DNA of 64,000 nucleotides from Macrostomum lignano (GCA_002269645.1 NIVC01000150.1:248001-312000), one strand, 5' to 3'; positions 11,824 to 21,588 are shown, counted from the stretch's first letter. Notes: generated by a model from the sequence alone, not told the origin. Numbers and translations: made by a program.

Positions 11824-13253
11824 TAGGCGACCTCAATACTCTTTGGACTAAACTAAGTAGGGTTCAGCAAGGATTTCGTTTTCATTTACCCAGTGATCGT
11901 TCGACTGCAATACTTATAAGCTATGTCTATTTCACACCTTATCGATCAACTGGTCCCATCTGCCAGTGGATAGTCTCGACGGCGTTACATCTTCCTTGCG
12001 GAGCTGAGCAGTGTTGATCACCAAGAAGATGCCCAACTGGAGGACTTTATCCATTTCATTACCGATCATTCACGCTCTGAAGATCAGCTGCTTGATGTCG
12101 TTCTACCGGATGTCGAAGAAGGAAAAGATTTAATTACTATGGACAGCATGGATATAAGGCCGAGTTGGATTCGCTTCCGAGAACAACCAGAGACCACATG
12201 TTCTCCTATGGTAACGCGTTTGATAAATATATGAATGATTTGGGTCACGCTTAGTAAACAAAATGTCTCCAGTGTCTTCTCCGGCTGTCACTTCTCAAAT
12301 TGCACGTTCAATCTGAGCAACTAGGTCTACAGCCACTAGTAATAGATCGTCTCTGCTTCGTTGGGAATTAAGGATTTTGAGTTTAGCTTAAAGATGCATC
12401 AAAACTTACTGTTCTATTTTGTACTGTACTGTACTGCTTTCGAATGTACCTTTTTGACAATTTCCCTCCATTCAATGCCATTTTGTTTTTTTACTTAATC
12501 AAAAAATATGCTTAAAACGTGTATTACAGTATGAGTTTACTAAATATAAACCCTGTTAGTTGACCATAGTCTATGGTCCAAAGTTGAAAAAAATCGTTTG
12601 ATAATGAATGCATTACTTTTGATAAGATAATTGAAAGAAAGAGTGTGACAATGGACCGCATGTTTGTTTTAAACACTGCTGATATCTCTGTTTACTTCTT
12701 AATATCTGCACCCGTTTTTAGCGTGCGTATATAAAATGCATTATGCATGTATGCACGCTGCCTGCGTTAAATGCACGCTGATTTATCTGTTGAAATACAT
12801 AATGAATTACCACGGTTTGGCCATAGACTCTGTACATGTATGTTGTTAAATGCACACTTCGTCGTGTTATAATGGAAAAATTTGAATAGAATTCTGCAGG
12901 CAAAGTTAATAAAGTGTACCTACTGTGTGGGTCTCAGGCCGACTTTGTATCATGTGGACACTAATAAGGTTAGATTTTAATCAATTTAAATCCCTGCGAA
13001 GCTCTTTTCCGGGATGTATTTTTACCATAGGCACAAAACACCGAGCTAGAATTTGTATTTTTCGGGTTGTATATTTTATATTTCATTCTGGATGACAAAA
13101 AACGAGATTATGAATATAACTGGAAAACGAAAATTTCCGGGTCTTATTAGTAGGCAGCAAAGTAGCTTAGTTTACTTAGGTTAGTTGGTTAGTTTCGGCT
13201 TAAGGTAAATCAGTTTTTAGTTACTAACAGTTGGGTTTATTGCATGCTTGTAA

Positions 13254-13793
13254 TCAATTTTTGATGATGACTGAACAGTTATTAAAACTGAAATTCAGCT
13301 GACGCTCACCGCGGACGCTAGCTGCGTCTGTCTCAGCCTCGCGTAGTATTTTAGCGTCTAATACAGCGCAGGAATTGGCGATTTGAATGTCGGACGTCCG
13401 CTTGTACGTGCGGACTCCAGCCAAACTTCGGTGGCCTGTTCGTTCCATTATTTGCTGTTCTTCAACGCCAGCTTGGTAAAGACGTGTAGCACACGTTGCG
13501 CGTAGACTATGATTAGTCTTGTGGCCAGAAATCTCGGCTTCAGTGCACATTTCATGCAGAAACTTTGCCAGGGTGTTTTTGCCAATTGGACGATTCGAGT
13601 ACCATTGCTTCTCCGATGGTTGCTTCAGCGGCAGAAGGTAAAATCTATTACTCTGGCTAGGCCTGACTTTCTTAAAAAGCTCGAAAAGCCGAACGTGACA
13701 ACGTTCCGGATTGGCTGCATTGGCGAAGTGAAGAACTTCCTTTGGTTTGAAGCGAGTGTCGCGCAATCCACCAGCATTCGTCTTCGTGGCCAT
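13254..13793 (-). pseudogene. C-terminal half of a Crypton-type (DUF3504-like) tyrosine recombinase, separated from its N-terminal half by the Polinton-like insertion
   Basis: TKTNAGG (catalytic K), TNHSLRATCATRL (H-x-x-R), MERTGHRS (H) and VRTYKR (Y). Removing 13798-24823 joins it in frame to ...KCLVYQE. Confidence 0.9.
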
Positions 13794-13797
13794 CTCT

Positions 13798-14392
13798 ACT
13801 ACGTATCACGTAGATAGAGCAGGGTTTTGGAGGTGAGGTGGGTGTCAGAGCCAATGCAAATTCAACGCCTATCTAAATGCACTAGACCTCTTCTAATTGG
13901 TCCAGAGTCATTATGTGAGATATGCATGTACTCTCATGTAAATCCAATTATACATGTAATCAGTGTACATTTCCATTTGTGTACACTGTGTCGTACAGAA
14001 GCGAGGACCAGTAGTACGCATAATTAGCGCTCCGCCGTTGTTGTACGCAGAAGCGCGCCCAACCCCGCAGCATTGGTGTACGCAGAATTAACTGTCCATA
14101 TTAACTGTCCATATACCAAAATTGGCAGAATTGTAGCGCCCCCACCCACCCCATAACTGTCCATATTAACTGTCCATATACCAAAATTGGCAGAATTGTA
14201 GCGCGCCCACTCACCCCATAACTGTCCATATTTACTGTCCATATATACATCCAAAATTGGCAGAATTGTAGCGCCCACCCACCCCATAACTGTACGCGCA
14301 GAATTAGCATCCAAGAAAATATTCTGTGACCCCTACAAAATTGGCGGCCCCCGCGCGCGCGCATGATGAGTCAGCCGCTGTAAATCGCTGCT
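13798..14392. repeat. Left TIR (595 bp) containing ~60-bp internal tandem repeats
   Basis: Reverse complement of 24220-24817. I found one internal mismatch (in the GC run near 14350) plus one missing terminal ACT. Internal units ACTGTCCATAT...CCAAAATTGGCAGAATTGTAGCGC at ~14090-14330. Confidence 0.95.
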
Positions 14393-14677
14393 CTCCACCC
14401 CTCTGCCCTGCGCGGCTCGCTATAGCTACCTGCAGCAGGGTTACGCAACAACCCGGTCGAGACACAAGGCTAAATTTATAGCCAGACACGTCATCAAGGT
14501 CTAAAAACACTAACTTCTATGCATGAAATATTCTCGTTTAATAAGATGCCAGGTCAATTTTGTTCAGACAGCAAACTATAAATAAAGAAAATTCGGATTC
14601 TCAGCCGTTTTCTAAATTCACCAAGTTCAATTAAAAATCATGTGGAAAACGCAGTGTTTGACAAGCAATTTTGGTTA

Positions 14678-15585
14678 CCAAAGCATGAACTGCCAACAAC
14701 GTGGAGCAAGGATTTCAACACGCTTCCAACGCCAGTACCAAAAATAGGTACAAAATGTTCATTTTTCTGGAATCCTCGATAACGACAACTCCGTAAAAAG
14801 CTCGTTATCGTGTAATTAAAACAAAACTTATTGAGACTCTCGGGTATATAAGCACCAGCCCAGAGCACCAAGCCCCCGTACCTGCAAACTTTTCTCGGCT
14901 TCTCGGCAGTTTTCTAAGCTCAAATAACATCCCCACCACTCGTGTGGACAACGCAGTGTTTGACAAGAAATGAGCTGGATTTCCAGAGACTACCCTCTAT
15001 TATCGAACGAGGAAAAAGACGAATATAAGACGTTGAAAAAATCTGCTGACTGGTTGTGCATTTGCCACAGCAAACCGATTTCTGAGCGATTAGTCACCTT
15101 CAATGCCAAGGTCGAGGAAATTGATCAAGGTCCCTACGACAGCCAAGACTACGCAGCAGCCAGGATAAATGAGGAACTACGGGACAAAATGAGGTTCAAA
15201 GCTGATTTAGCACGAATGGAGAGATTACTGGCTCCGATACTAAGTGAGGAGCATCGCCAAAAAATACGTTTTCGGAACCATCAAGATCTGTATAATCCGT
15301 CGTGGGAGGAGCAACAAAAAATTTTGGAATTTTTGGCTGCCAAAGCACAAGAGAAACAGGCTGCCAAAGCTTGAACTACCATCAACTTGGAGCAAGGATT
15401 TCAACACGCCTCCAACGCCAGCACCCGAAAATAGGAACAAAAGGTTCATTTTTCTGGAATCCTCGACAACGACAACACCGTAAAAAGCTCGTTATCGTGT
15501 AATTAAAACAAAACTTATTGAGACTCTCGGGTATATAAGCACCAGCCCGGAGCATCTGCAAGCGCCCGTACCTGCAAATTTTTCT
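14678..15585 (+). repeat. ~220-bp direct repeats (14678-14895 and 15364-15585), each carrying GGGTATATAAGC
   Basis: Shared identical core CCGTAAAAAGCTCGTTATCGTGTAATTAAAACAAAACTTATTGAGACTCTCGGGTATATAAGCACCAGCCC. Each copy precedes an ORF (14970 and 15601). Confidence 0.9.
14970..15374 (+). CDS. Hypothetical protein of the element (134 aa)
   Basis: ATG-initiated ORF downstream of a TATATAAG box. No family recognised. Confidence 0.6.
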   Translation: MSWISRDYPLLSNEEKDEYKTLKKSADWLCICHSKPISERLVTFNAKVEEIDQGPYDSQDYAAARINEELRDKMRFKADLARMERLLAPILSEEHRQKIRFRNHQDLYNPSWEEQQKILEFLAAKAQEKQAAKA

Positions 15586-15600
15586 AAACAGACAAGAGAC

Positions 15601-16362
15601 ATGGAGACAGTGCAAGACTTCAACTGCGTCAAGCGAGAGCTGCTGGCACTCAAACCGCGAGGTCCGAGCTTCAACGGGGTTGAAACGTTTGACATTGAAT
15701 ATGACGAACAGGGACCTCTTTACTTGGCCAATGCGGTCCCTGTTTTGATTGTCAAAGGTGTGCGTACTGACAACGAAGGTCGCGAATTCATCATCATTGC
15801 ACAAAAACACATTGAGAGCTGCATACCCTACACTTTCAACACTGTGGCGGAGCACCTTTCCAGTGAAAGTCTAGCTCTTCTGGGCTACAACCCAGCGTTT
15901 GGAGGCGACAGTGCAGCGTTTGGGCTGGCTCACGACTTTAAAATGTACGACCAAAACGGACTGCTTGTAGAGGATTACAAAAACAAGAGCGGCTATTACA
16001 GGATTCTGTTTACTCTCGACACGGCCGCGATTCGAGACGCTGTTTTGACCGCAATGCCAAAAATTCAACAGCTACAGTTTGTCGAAGAAGCCAAACAGGC
16101 ATTCGACCGTTGCTATTGGACGCTACCTCCAAAAATCAAGGTAGGCTCCAAGAAAGTAAGCAAGAAAGCAAAGTAACCACCAAAGCTTGTCAAGGAGAAG
16201 CAGCCAAAGGTACCTAAAAATCAGGCCAGAAAGCGACAGCATCAATCGAAAGTACATGTAGTAGCAGCCAACGAATCAAAGAAGCGACCGAAAGCCCCCA
16301 AGAAGGATACAAAAGTAAAGAAAACTGCCGAAAAATCTACTTGCAGAACGTCGAGTGCGTGA
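15601..16362 (+). pseudogene. Hypothetical protein with a Lys-rich tail; premature TAA at 16174-16176
   Basis: 191-aa ORF. The same frame continues after the TAA as PPKLVKEKQPKVPK...KKRPKAPKKDTKVKK to a TGA at 16360-16362. Confidence 0.6.
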
Positions 16363-16820
16363 ATCGAGTGTTTTGCGCGAAATGGAGCTGCATGCCTGAC
16401 TTGGACTGGGCGAGCGCACGGACATTTCGCAGGCCAAGAGCTCTTATCAATTTGAGGATAGGAAAGTGTACAATAAACTTTTTTCAGCATTCTTTGTCTG
16501 CAATTGTATTCGGTTGTCGCTCAGTCAACCAAGTTTTGCGTCTTTTTCCTCAATGTAAACCAATTTCTGTTGTTGTTACCACTAGTACTTACCGCGCTGA
16601 AGTAGACAGATGGCCAAATTTTTTCCAAATTGCATACTCAGGGTCCCAATGGGTGAAGTGGGAGTGCGAAGTTTTCAATGGAATAGTAATAAAGTCTCCA
16701 TTTCGCAATGCTAAATGTTTATTATGCGGAAAGAATGGTCGCCTTGTTTTCCTTGGTATACGAAACTTTAAAGAGCTCTGTCAAATGTACGATCATGTGA
16801 CTAGCGTTTTGTATGTCTAA
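16341..16820 (+). CDS. Divergent TATA-binding protein (TBP)-like protein
   Basis: Aligns by eye to both TBP core repeats: NRVFCAKWSCMPDL ~ NIVSTVNLGCKLDL; CTINFF...AIVFGCRSVNQ ~ TTALIF..KMVCTGAKSEEQ; EVDR...QWVKWECEVFNGIVIK ~ DVKF...QFSSYEPELFPGLIYR (ungapped); NGRLVFLGIRNFKELCQMYDHVTSVL ~ [26 protein letters not shown]. The start codon is uncertain (GTG at 16359 overlaps the upstream TGA). Confidence 0.72.
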   Translation: MQNVECVNRVFCAKWSCMPDLDWASARTFRRPRALINLRIGKCTINFFQHSLSAIVFGCRSVNQVLRLFPQCKPISVVVTTSTYRAEVDRWPNFFQIAYSGSQWVKWECEVFNGIVIKSPFRNAKCLLCGKNGRLVFLGIRNFKELCQMYDHVTSVLYV

Positions 16821-16960
16821 TCCATATGGCTATTGCGTAACTTTACTGTTTTAACAGAATTTGTATGTACGTACAAGCTGCTATGAAACTTGTCTATAAA
16901 TAAAATATATCATGCACAAATTGCAGTACACTGCAACAAACATCTTTCAAGCTCACCCAT

Positions 16961-17232
16961 GCCAGCGGGGTGCAGCACGAATGCATCCCGCAGACCAACT
17001 ACCGTGTTTGTGCGGGCCCCGCTGCACCAGCTGGAGAGCACTGATGAGGTAGTCGCACCAGGAGGGCCCAGCCTTCGAGATCTCCAAGTACGCACCAGGT
17101 GTGTCAACCTCATCAGTGGTCTCCAGCTGCTGCGGCGTGGACCGCCCAAACACGGTAGTTTTACCCATGCCTGACTTGCTCAACCATGCTCGGGATGGCC
17201 TGCGGGATGCACTCGTGCTGCACCCCGCTGGC
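16961..17232. ncRNA. Candidate long hairpin RNA (~270 nt imperfect inverted repeat)
   Basis: CCAGCGGGGTGCAGCACGAATGCATCCCGCAGACCA pairs with TGGCCTGCGGGATGCACTCGTGCTGCACCCCGCTGG (34/36). AACTACCGTGTTTG pairs with CAAACACGGTAGTT. CAGCTGGAGAGCACTGATGAGGT pairs with ACCTCATCAGTGGTCTCCAGCTG. The stem starts ~60 nt after a CTATAAATA box. Confidence 0.55.
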
Positions 17233-17733
17233 TGAATGAAATTGAGCCAAACCTGCAATGAAAATGACCGCTTCTGACCACTGTCAAAAACTTTTGATTT
17301 ATTGCCTTGCGGCAGCAGCAATTTTATCACCACACCCTAAGCAACAAAACCCCAACTCGACACGTTCCACCACGCAGCAACAAAAGTAATGTGGGGTTGA
17401 TTGACCCTGTTTTCGATTTTTAACTGTCAAAATATTTGATTGATGACCCTCTGATAACACAGATCCAGCCGTAGCAGACATTGTAAAATTTAAGAAGTTC
17501 CACAATCGGTACGTGTTTCCATTGTTTGTTTTGTACCCTTCTCGACACCTAGCAACATCTCCTCACAGTCGCTTTTGGATTTTTAATGCTGTCACAAATG
17601 TTGTGTAACTTTATTGTCAATTACCACTGCACTGAAATTGGTGTACAATCGTAATGCTGCTATGAAACTTGTCTATAAATATATTGTGCATAAATTGCGA
17701 TGCACTGCAACCAACATCTTTGTGCTAAACAAA

Positions 17734-18090
17734 ATGACAAACGGAATCTCCAGACTATGTTCTTGTCGCGGCGAGCTCGCAGAGCTCGCCAAAGCCCGTC
17801 CCACTCTTCGGCGGGCAATTATTCGAGGTGCAGGCAAGGAACTGATTCATTGTCTCTGTGAATTGAGTCACAACGTACTCCGGGGAAATATTGATCTTTC
17901 TCCGAAACAGTATCTGCGATTAAAGCGATACAGAAGATCGTTGCGTGAATTGGCAGACACAAAATTGTCTATAAATAGGAAGAAGAATATGCTTCTCTCG
18001 AACCCTCAAGTCGGTGGTTTTCTACCCATCCTTGCATCTGTTGCTGCACCGCTAATATCAAGCCTGTTTGGTGGACTACTCGGTCGCTAA
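17734..18090 (+). CDS. Conserved Polinton/adintovirus small virion protein with a C-terminal amphipathic peptide
   Basis: ELIHCLCELSHNVLRGNIDLS...LKRYRRSLRELA...QVGGFLPILASVAAPLISSLF matches a Polinton protein pattern I recognise. ATG at 17734 lies 60 nt after the TATA box. Confidence 0.8.
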   Translation: MTNGISRLCSCRGELAELAKARPTLRRAIIRGAGKELIHCLCELSHNVLRGNIDLSPKQYLRLKRYRRSLRELADTKLSINRKKNMLLSNPQVGGFLPILASVAAPLISSLFGGLLGR

Positions 18091-18091
18091 A

Positions 18092-18745
18092 ATGAATAAA
18101 TACGTTGTTGTGCCAGAAGAAGAATTTAATAGGCTGAGTCAAGGCGCACCCCGAGAAATTGCATCTAAAACAGAATATGAAAAACTCATTGAATACAACA
18201 CTCAACTCCAAAATAAACTAAGTCAGATCAAGCAAAAGAAGAGTAATCGTTTTCCTGAACGACAACAACGAGTTTGGGACTTGTTGACAGAAAGATACCC
18301 GAATTTGGAGTACAACAAGTCGTGGGAAATTGTATTCGATGGAAAAACCTGGCCAGGAAGCAATATTTTCGATCTACTGAAAGAGATTACATCGAATGAA
18401 AGGCGCGACCGCCAAAGCCCAAAATATAGTACCGCCTTTTGGACCCTGGCTGAAGAGGCAGATATTGCAAAAGCCCTACTAGGGCGACGCCAACAAGAAG
18501 AAGTCAGTGTGAAAAAAGAAGTTGGCACGGATCCGGATCGAGGCGATTTTTTAGTCGAGCAAGCAATTGGAACTAGTGATTTCCACAACGACTTCCACAA
18601 AGACCGAGCCAGTGGCCTGAATGAAGTTAAAAAATTTGAAGATCGTGGCAGCGATGCCTACAGGCATGCTTCATACCAACTTCGCGAACCAAAGAGGCGA
18701 CAGAAACCAGCAGTAAAATACGAGACGTTAAAAAACTATAAATAG
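18092..18745 (+). CDS. Conserved Polinton hypothetical protein (GSNI-DL motif)
   Basis: MNKYVVVPEEEF... and YNKSWEIVFDGKTWPGSNIFDLL resemble a recurrent Polinton ORF. Confidence 0.7.
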   Translation: MNKYVVVPEEEFNRLSQGAPREIASKTEYEKLIEYNTQLQNKLSQIKQKKSNRFPERQQRVWDLLTERYPNLEYNKSWEIVFDGKTWPGSNIFDLLKEITSNERRDRQSPKYSTAFWTLAEEADIAKALLGRRQQEEVSVKKEVGTDPDRGDFLVEQAIGTSDFHNDFHKDRASGLNEVKKFEDRGSDAYRHASYQLREPKRRQKPAVKYETLKNYK

Positions 18746-18878
18746 AAATCATTTTCATGATTTATAATCTGTTTTTGGATCATGGGTGCCGCAGCTGTAA
18801 CTTCAAAGCTTTGCTCAGACAAACCGTCTGTGGAGTTCAAGTGTAACTACTCATGCTGTGCATCGACTCTAGTTGCGA

Positions 18879-19958
18879 ATGAGGGTGAAAACCGCTCTTT
18901 GGAGAGTGTACGAACAGGTGGACGCCGCTTTTACAAATGCTGCCCGTGTATATCAGGAGGCCAAACGGCTGGCCCCCTCCCTGACGAGACGCCAAACCGA
19001 CGAATGGCTGAAGACCCAATCGAGCTACACCCGGCACAAGAGGGTTAAAAGAAAATTCCGAACCGGAAAAGTAATGTCAGGAGGCTTCATGGAAACTGTG
19101 CAAGCGGATTTGATGGACATGTCACGATACGAACAATGGAATGATGGTCATCGATATATTCTAGTTGCAATTGACGTGCTTAGTAAATTGGCTTTTTGTC
19201 GGCCAATAAAATTGAAAAGCGACACTCCAAAGGCTTTTGAAAGCATGATCAAAAACTTCCCTATTAAGCCTTTATATCTACACGTTGATCGAGTTTTATA
19301 ACGAGGTACCGAGTTTTATAACAATCGCATGCAGAACTTACTGAAAGCCAACAGTATTAAAATGTACAGCACAAACTCTGTATACAAGGCAAATATGGCT
19401 GAAAGGTTGATTAGAACTCTCCGAAAACGTTTAGCTCGCTACTTTGAGCACAAAAACACGTGGCGCTGGATCGACTATTTGCCAATATTGGTTAAAAGTT
19501 ACAACAACACAGTACACTCTACTATTGATATGAAACCTTCGAGTGTCGGTCTGCACAACCAAAAAGAATTGTGGGAAAAGCTCTACCAGGATCCTGAATA
19601 TGATGAACCAGTTTACCAAAAAGGGGACTTTGTCAGAATTTCAAAATCTCGTCGAGCCTTTGACAAGGAAGCATACGATATGTACAGCGAAGAAGTTTAC
19701 GTTGTGTCTCAAGTATGTCCGGGACCACCTCATTTTTATCGCATTTCCGACCTATCTGGAGAACAAATCGAGGGTCGATTCTACTATAATGAACTTTCAA
19801 AGACGGTTAGACCGGACCGCTTTGTTATAGACAAAATTCTGCGTCGCAATGTCGTCATCAATGGTGTTGCTCATCATTTCGTTAGTTGGCGCGGTTATCC
19901 CGAGTCGTTCAATGCATTTGTACCAGTTGAGGAAGTTATAAATATAAGACAAGGATGA
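18879..19958 (+). pseudogene. Retroviral-type (rve) integrase with C-terminal chromodomain; disrupted by a 12-bp insertion carrying TAA
   Basis: VQADLMDM, YILVAIDVLSK, HVD-RGTEFYN and MAERLIRTLR give the DDE triad. VIDKIL...FVSWRGYPESFNAFVP is chromo-like. Bases 19290-19301 duplicate 19310-19321. Confidence 0.93.
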
Positions 19959-19995
19959 ACACACACACGCACAGTCGAACGTGTGGTATATTACA

Positions 19996-21148
19996 ATGCA
20001 TCTTTTCCTGCCTAGCAATGCGTGCGTTGAGCACTATCCTGAGAATAATTCGGCGCATTAACATTAATTTGCCTGACACCCTCCACTTTCCGAATCATGA
20101 AGTTTGCATCGAACGGATCTACTTTTGTAAAGAATTAAAAACCGTCCCTGATAATCGAATGGTTGATGTCCTGACCAACGCTCCCGAGGAAGAAGTGATT
20201 GACATTAAAGTTAGAGAAAAACCCACCTCCACGTATAGGCAGTTTGCGTCGGCTTCTCTCCCCGGGGGGCTATCAACAGCCAACGAAGTGGTTGATGCAA
20301 TCATTACCGCTCTAAAATATGAGCAAGACGATAATGCAATGATTTGCATTGAGCGTTCGCAGGAAGGCCAAATTTCGATTGTGAACAAATCATGGTATGG
20401 TGCGAACATTAGGCTGTCCAGTAATGTGCGCAGCATGTTTAAAAAGGTCGATGACGCTGGAAATAAATCAAATATCGAAGTAACGAGTTTTTTATTAGAC
20501 CCAAGAAATTCGTTAGTATTCGCTATAGAATTGGAATCCTCCTCCTCCATAGAGAGTCCCATGACTCTAACGTTTGAAAAAAGTGTCTGGCCTAGTAGAA
20601 CGTCACTGCGGATTGCTAAAGGATTCTACCGCACGACCGATGAGCTCTTAAATTATGTTAATGGAGCGCTTTGGAGCGTCGTTTCAAAGCTCCCAATAAG
20701 TCCAGCAACGAGAGTGGATGCATTCAGCTACAACCCTTTTCTGAACCGGTGTGAGTACAAACCCATTGAAAACATTTTATTTGACATTGGTGAGCTTGCT
20801 GCCATTCTCGGCTTTCGTGAAGATGTTTTCAATGAAACTCCAAAGACCGCTAAACGACCAATCGATTTAACAAATGGTGTACAAACTATGTACATCTATT
20901 CAAACATTGTCGACTCTGCCATTGTTGGAGACGTCAAAGTCCCCCTGCTTGGTGCAATTCCTTTGAATGAAAAGGTATACGGTGAACGAGAGTACTACGA
21001 GTTTGTCAATCCATCATACTTACCGTTGGTGAAGCACCCATTCAAAACCATTGAGGTGCAAATCTGTGACGATATGGGCAAGCTAATGGATCGGATTCTT
21101 CGAGGTAAAACTGTTTTATCGATCAACATTCGTGAAATTAAGCTATAA
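19996..21148 (+). pseudogene. Minor capsid protein (penton-like), frameshifted near 20059
   Basis: The conserved N-terminus MHLFLPSNACVEHYPENN is in a different frame from the body (INLPDT...YIYSNIVDSAIVGDVKVPLLGAIP...FVNPSYLPL...TIEVQICDDMG). Confidence 0.85.
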
Positions 21149-21192
21149 ATAAAGAAGTTTTCACGAATAAAAGACCGCAATTCATCAGCAAT

Positions 21193-21588
21193 ATGCCTTC
21201 AATCTTGATCGGAGGAGCTTTACCGGTATTTTCCGGTGCACAGCGCGGCAACGGACTGTTTGGCAGCATTGCCCGATTTGCCCTGCCAATTTTAAAGAGT
21301 TTTGGCAAAAATATTCTTCGCCACGGAACACGAGCCCTAGCTACAACAGTTAGCGACACACTCGATCAAGGCGGGAACTTGAAAGAAGCAGCATTGCGCA
21401 ACTCTGTCCGGGCAGCTAAAGATGCTTTCAAAGACACAGTCACACAACGAGGTAGCGGCGGTGGTCAAAGGCGTAGAAAGAAGACTAACAAAAAAACGAG
21501 AAAAAGACTCCAACATTCTGATATTTTTGACTCTATAAATAAAAAAACCGCGTCAATAATCGATCAGCCTATTAGAGCACCACTCTAA
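21193..21588 (+). CDS. Basic core-type virion protein with adenain-type cleavage motifs
   Basis: QRGNGLFGSIARFALPILK, QRGSGG and an R/K-rich tail RRRKKTNKKTRKR. Located between the penton and MCP genes. Confidence 0.75.
   Translation: MPSILIGGALPVFSGAQRGNGLFGSIARFALPILKSFGKNILRHGTRALATTVSDTLDQGGNLKEAALRNSVRAAKDAFKDTVTQRGSGGGQRRRKKTNKKTRKRLQHSDIFDSINKKTASIIDQPIRAPL

Noticed and set aside
14024-14364. ORFs in the TIRs (mirrored at 24248-24588)
   Set aside because: They are translations of the internal ~60-bp TIR repeats and have no protein-like features.
16890-17333. Overlapping ORFs on both strands with similar PAGCST-ASRRP peptides
   Set aside because: The similarity follows from the inverted repeat, so a structural RNA or DNA explanation fits better than coding.
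19955-19995. ATG 19955 as the penton start
   Set aside because: The conserved LPSN...YP.N motif starts at ATG 19996 in another frame, and 19955 is only ~11 nt from the end of the TATA box.
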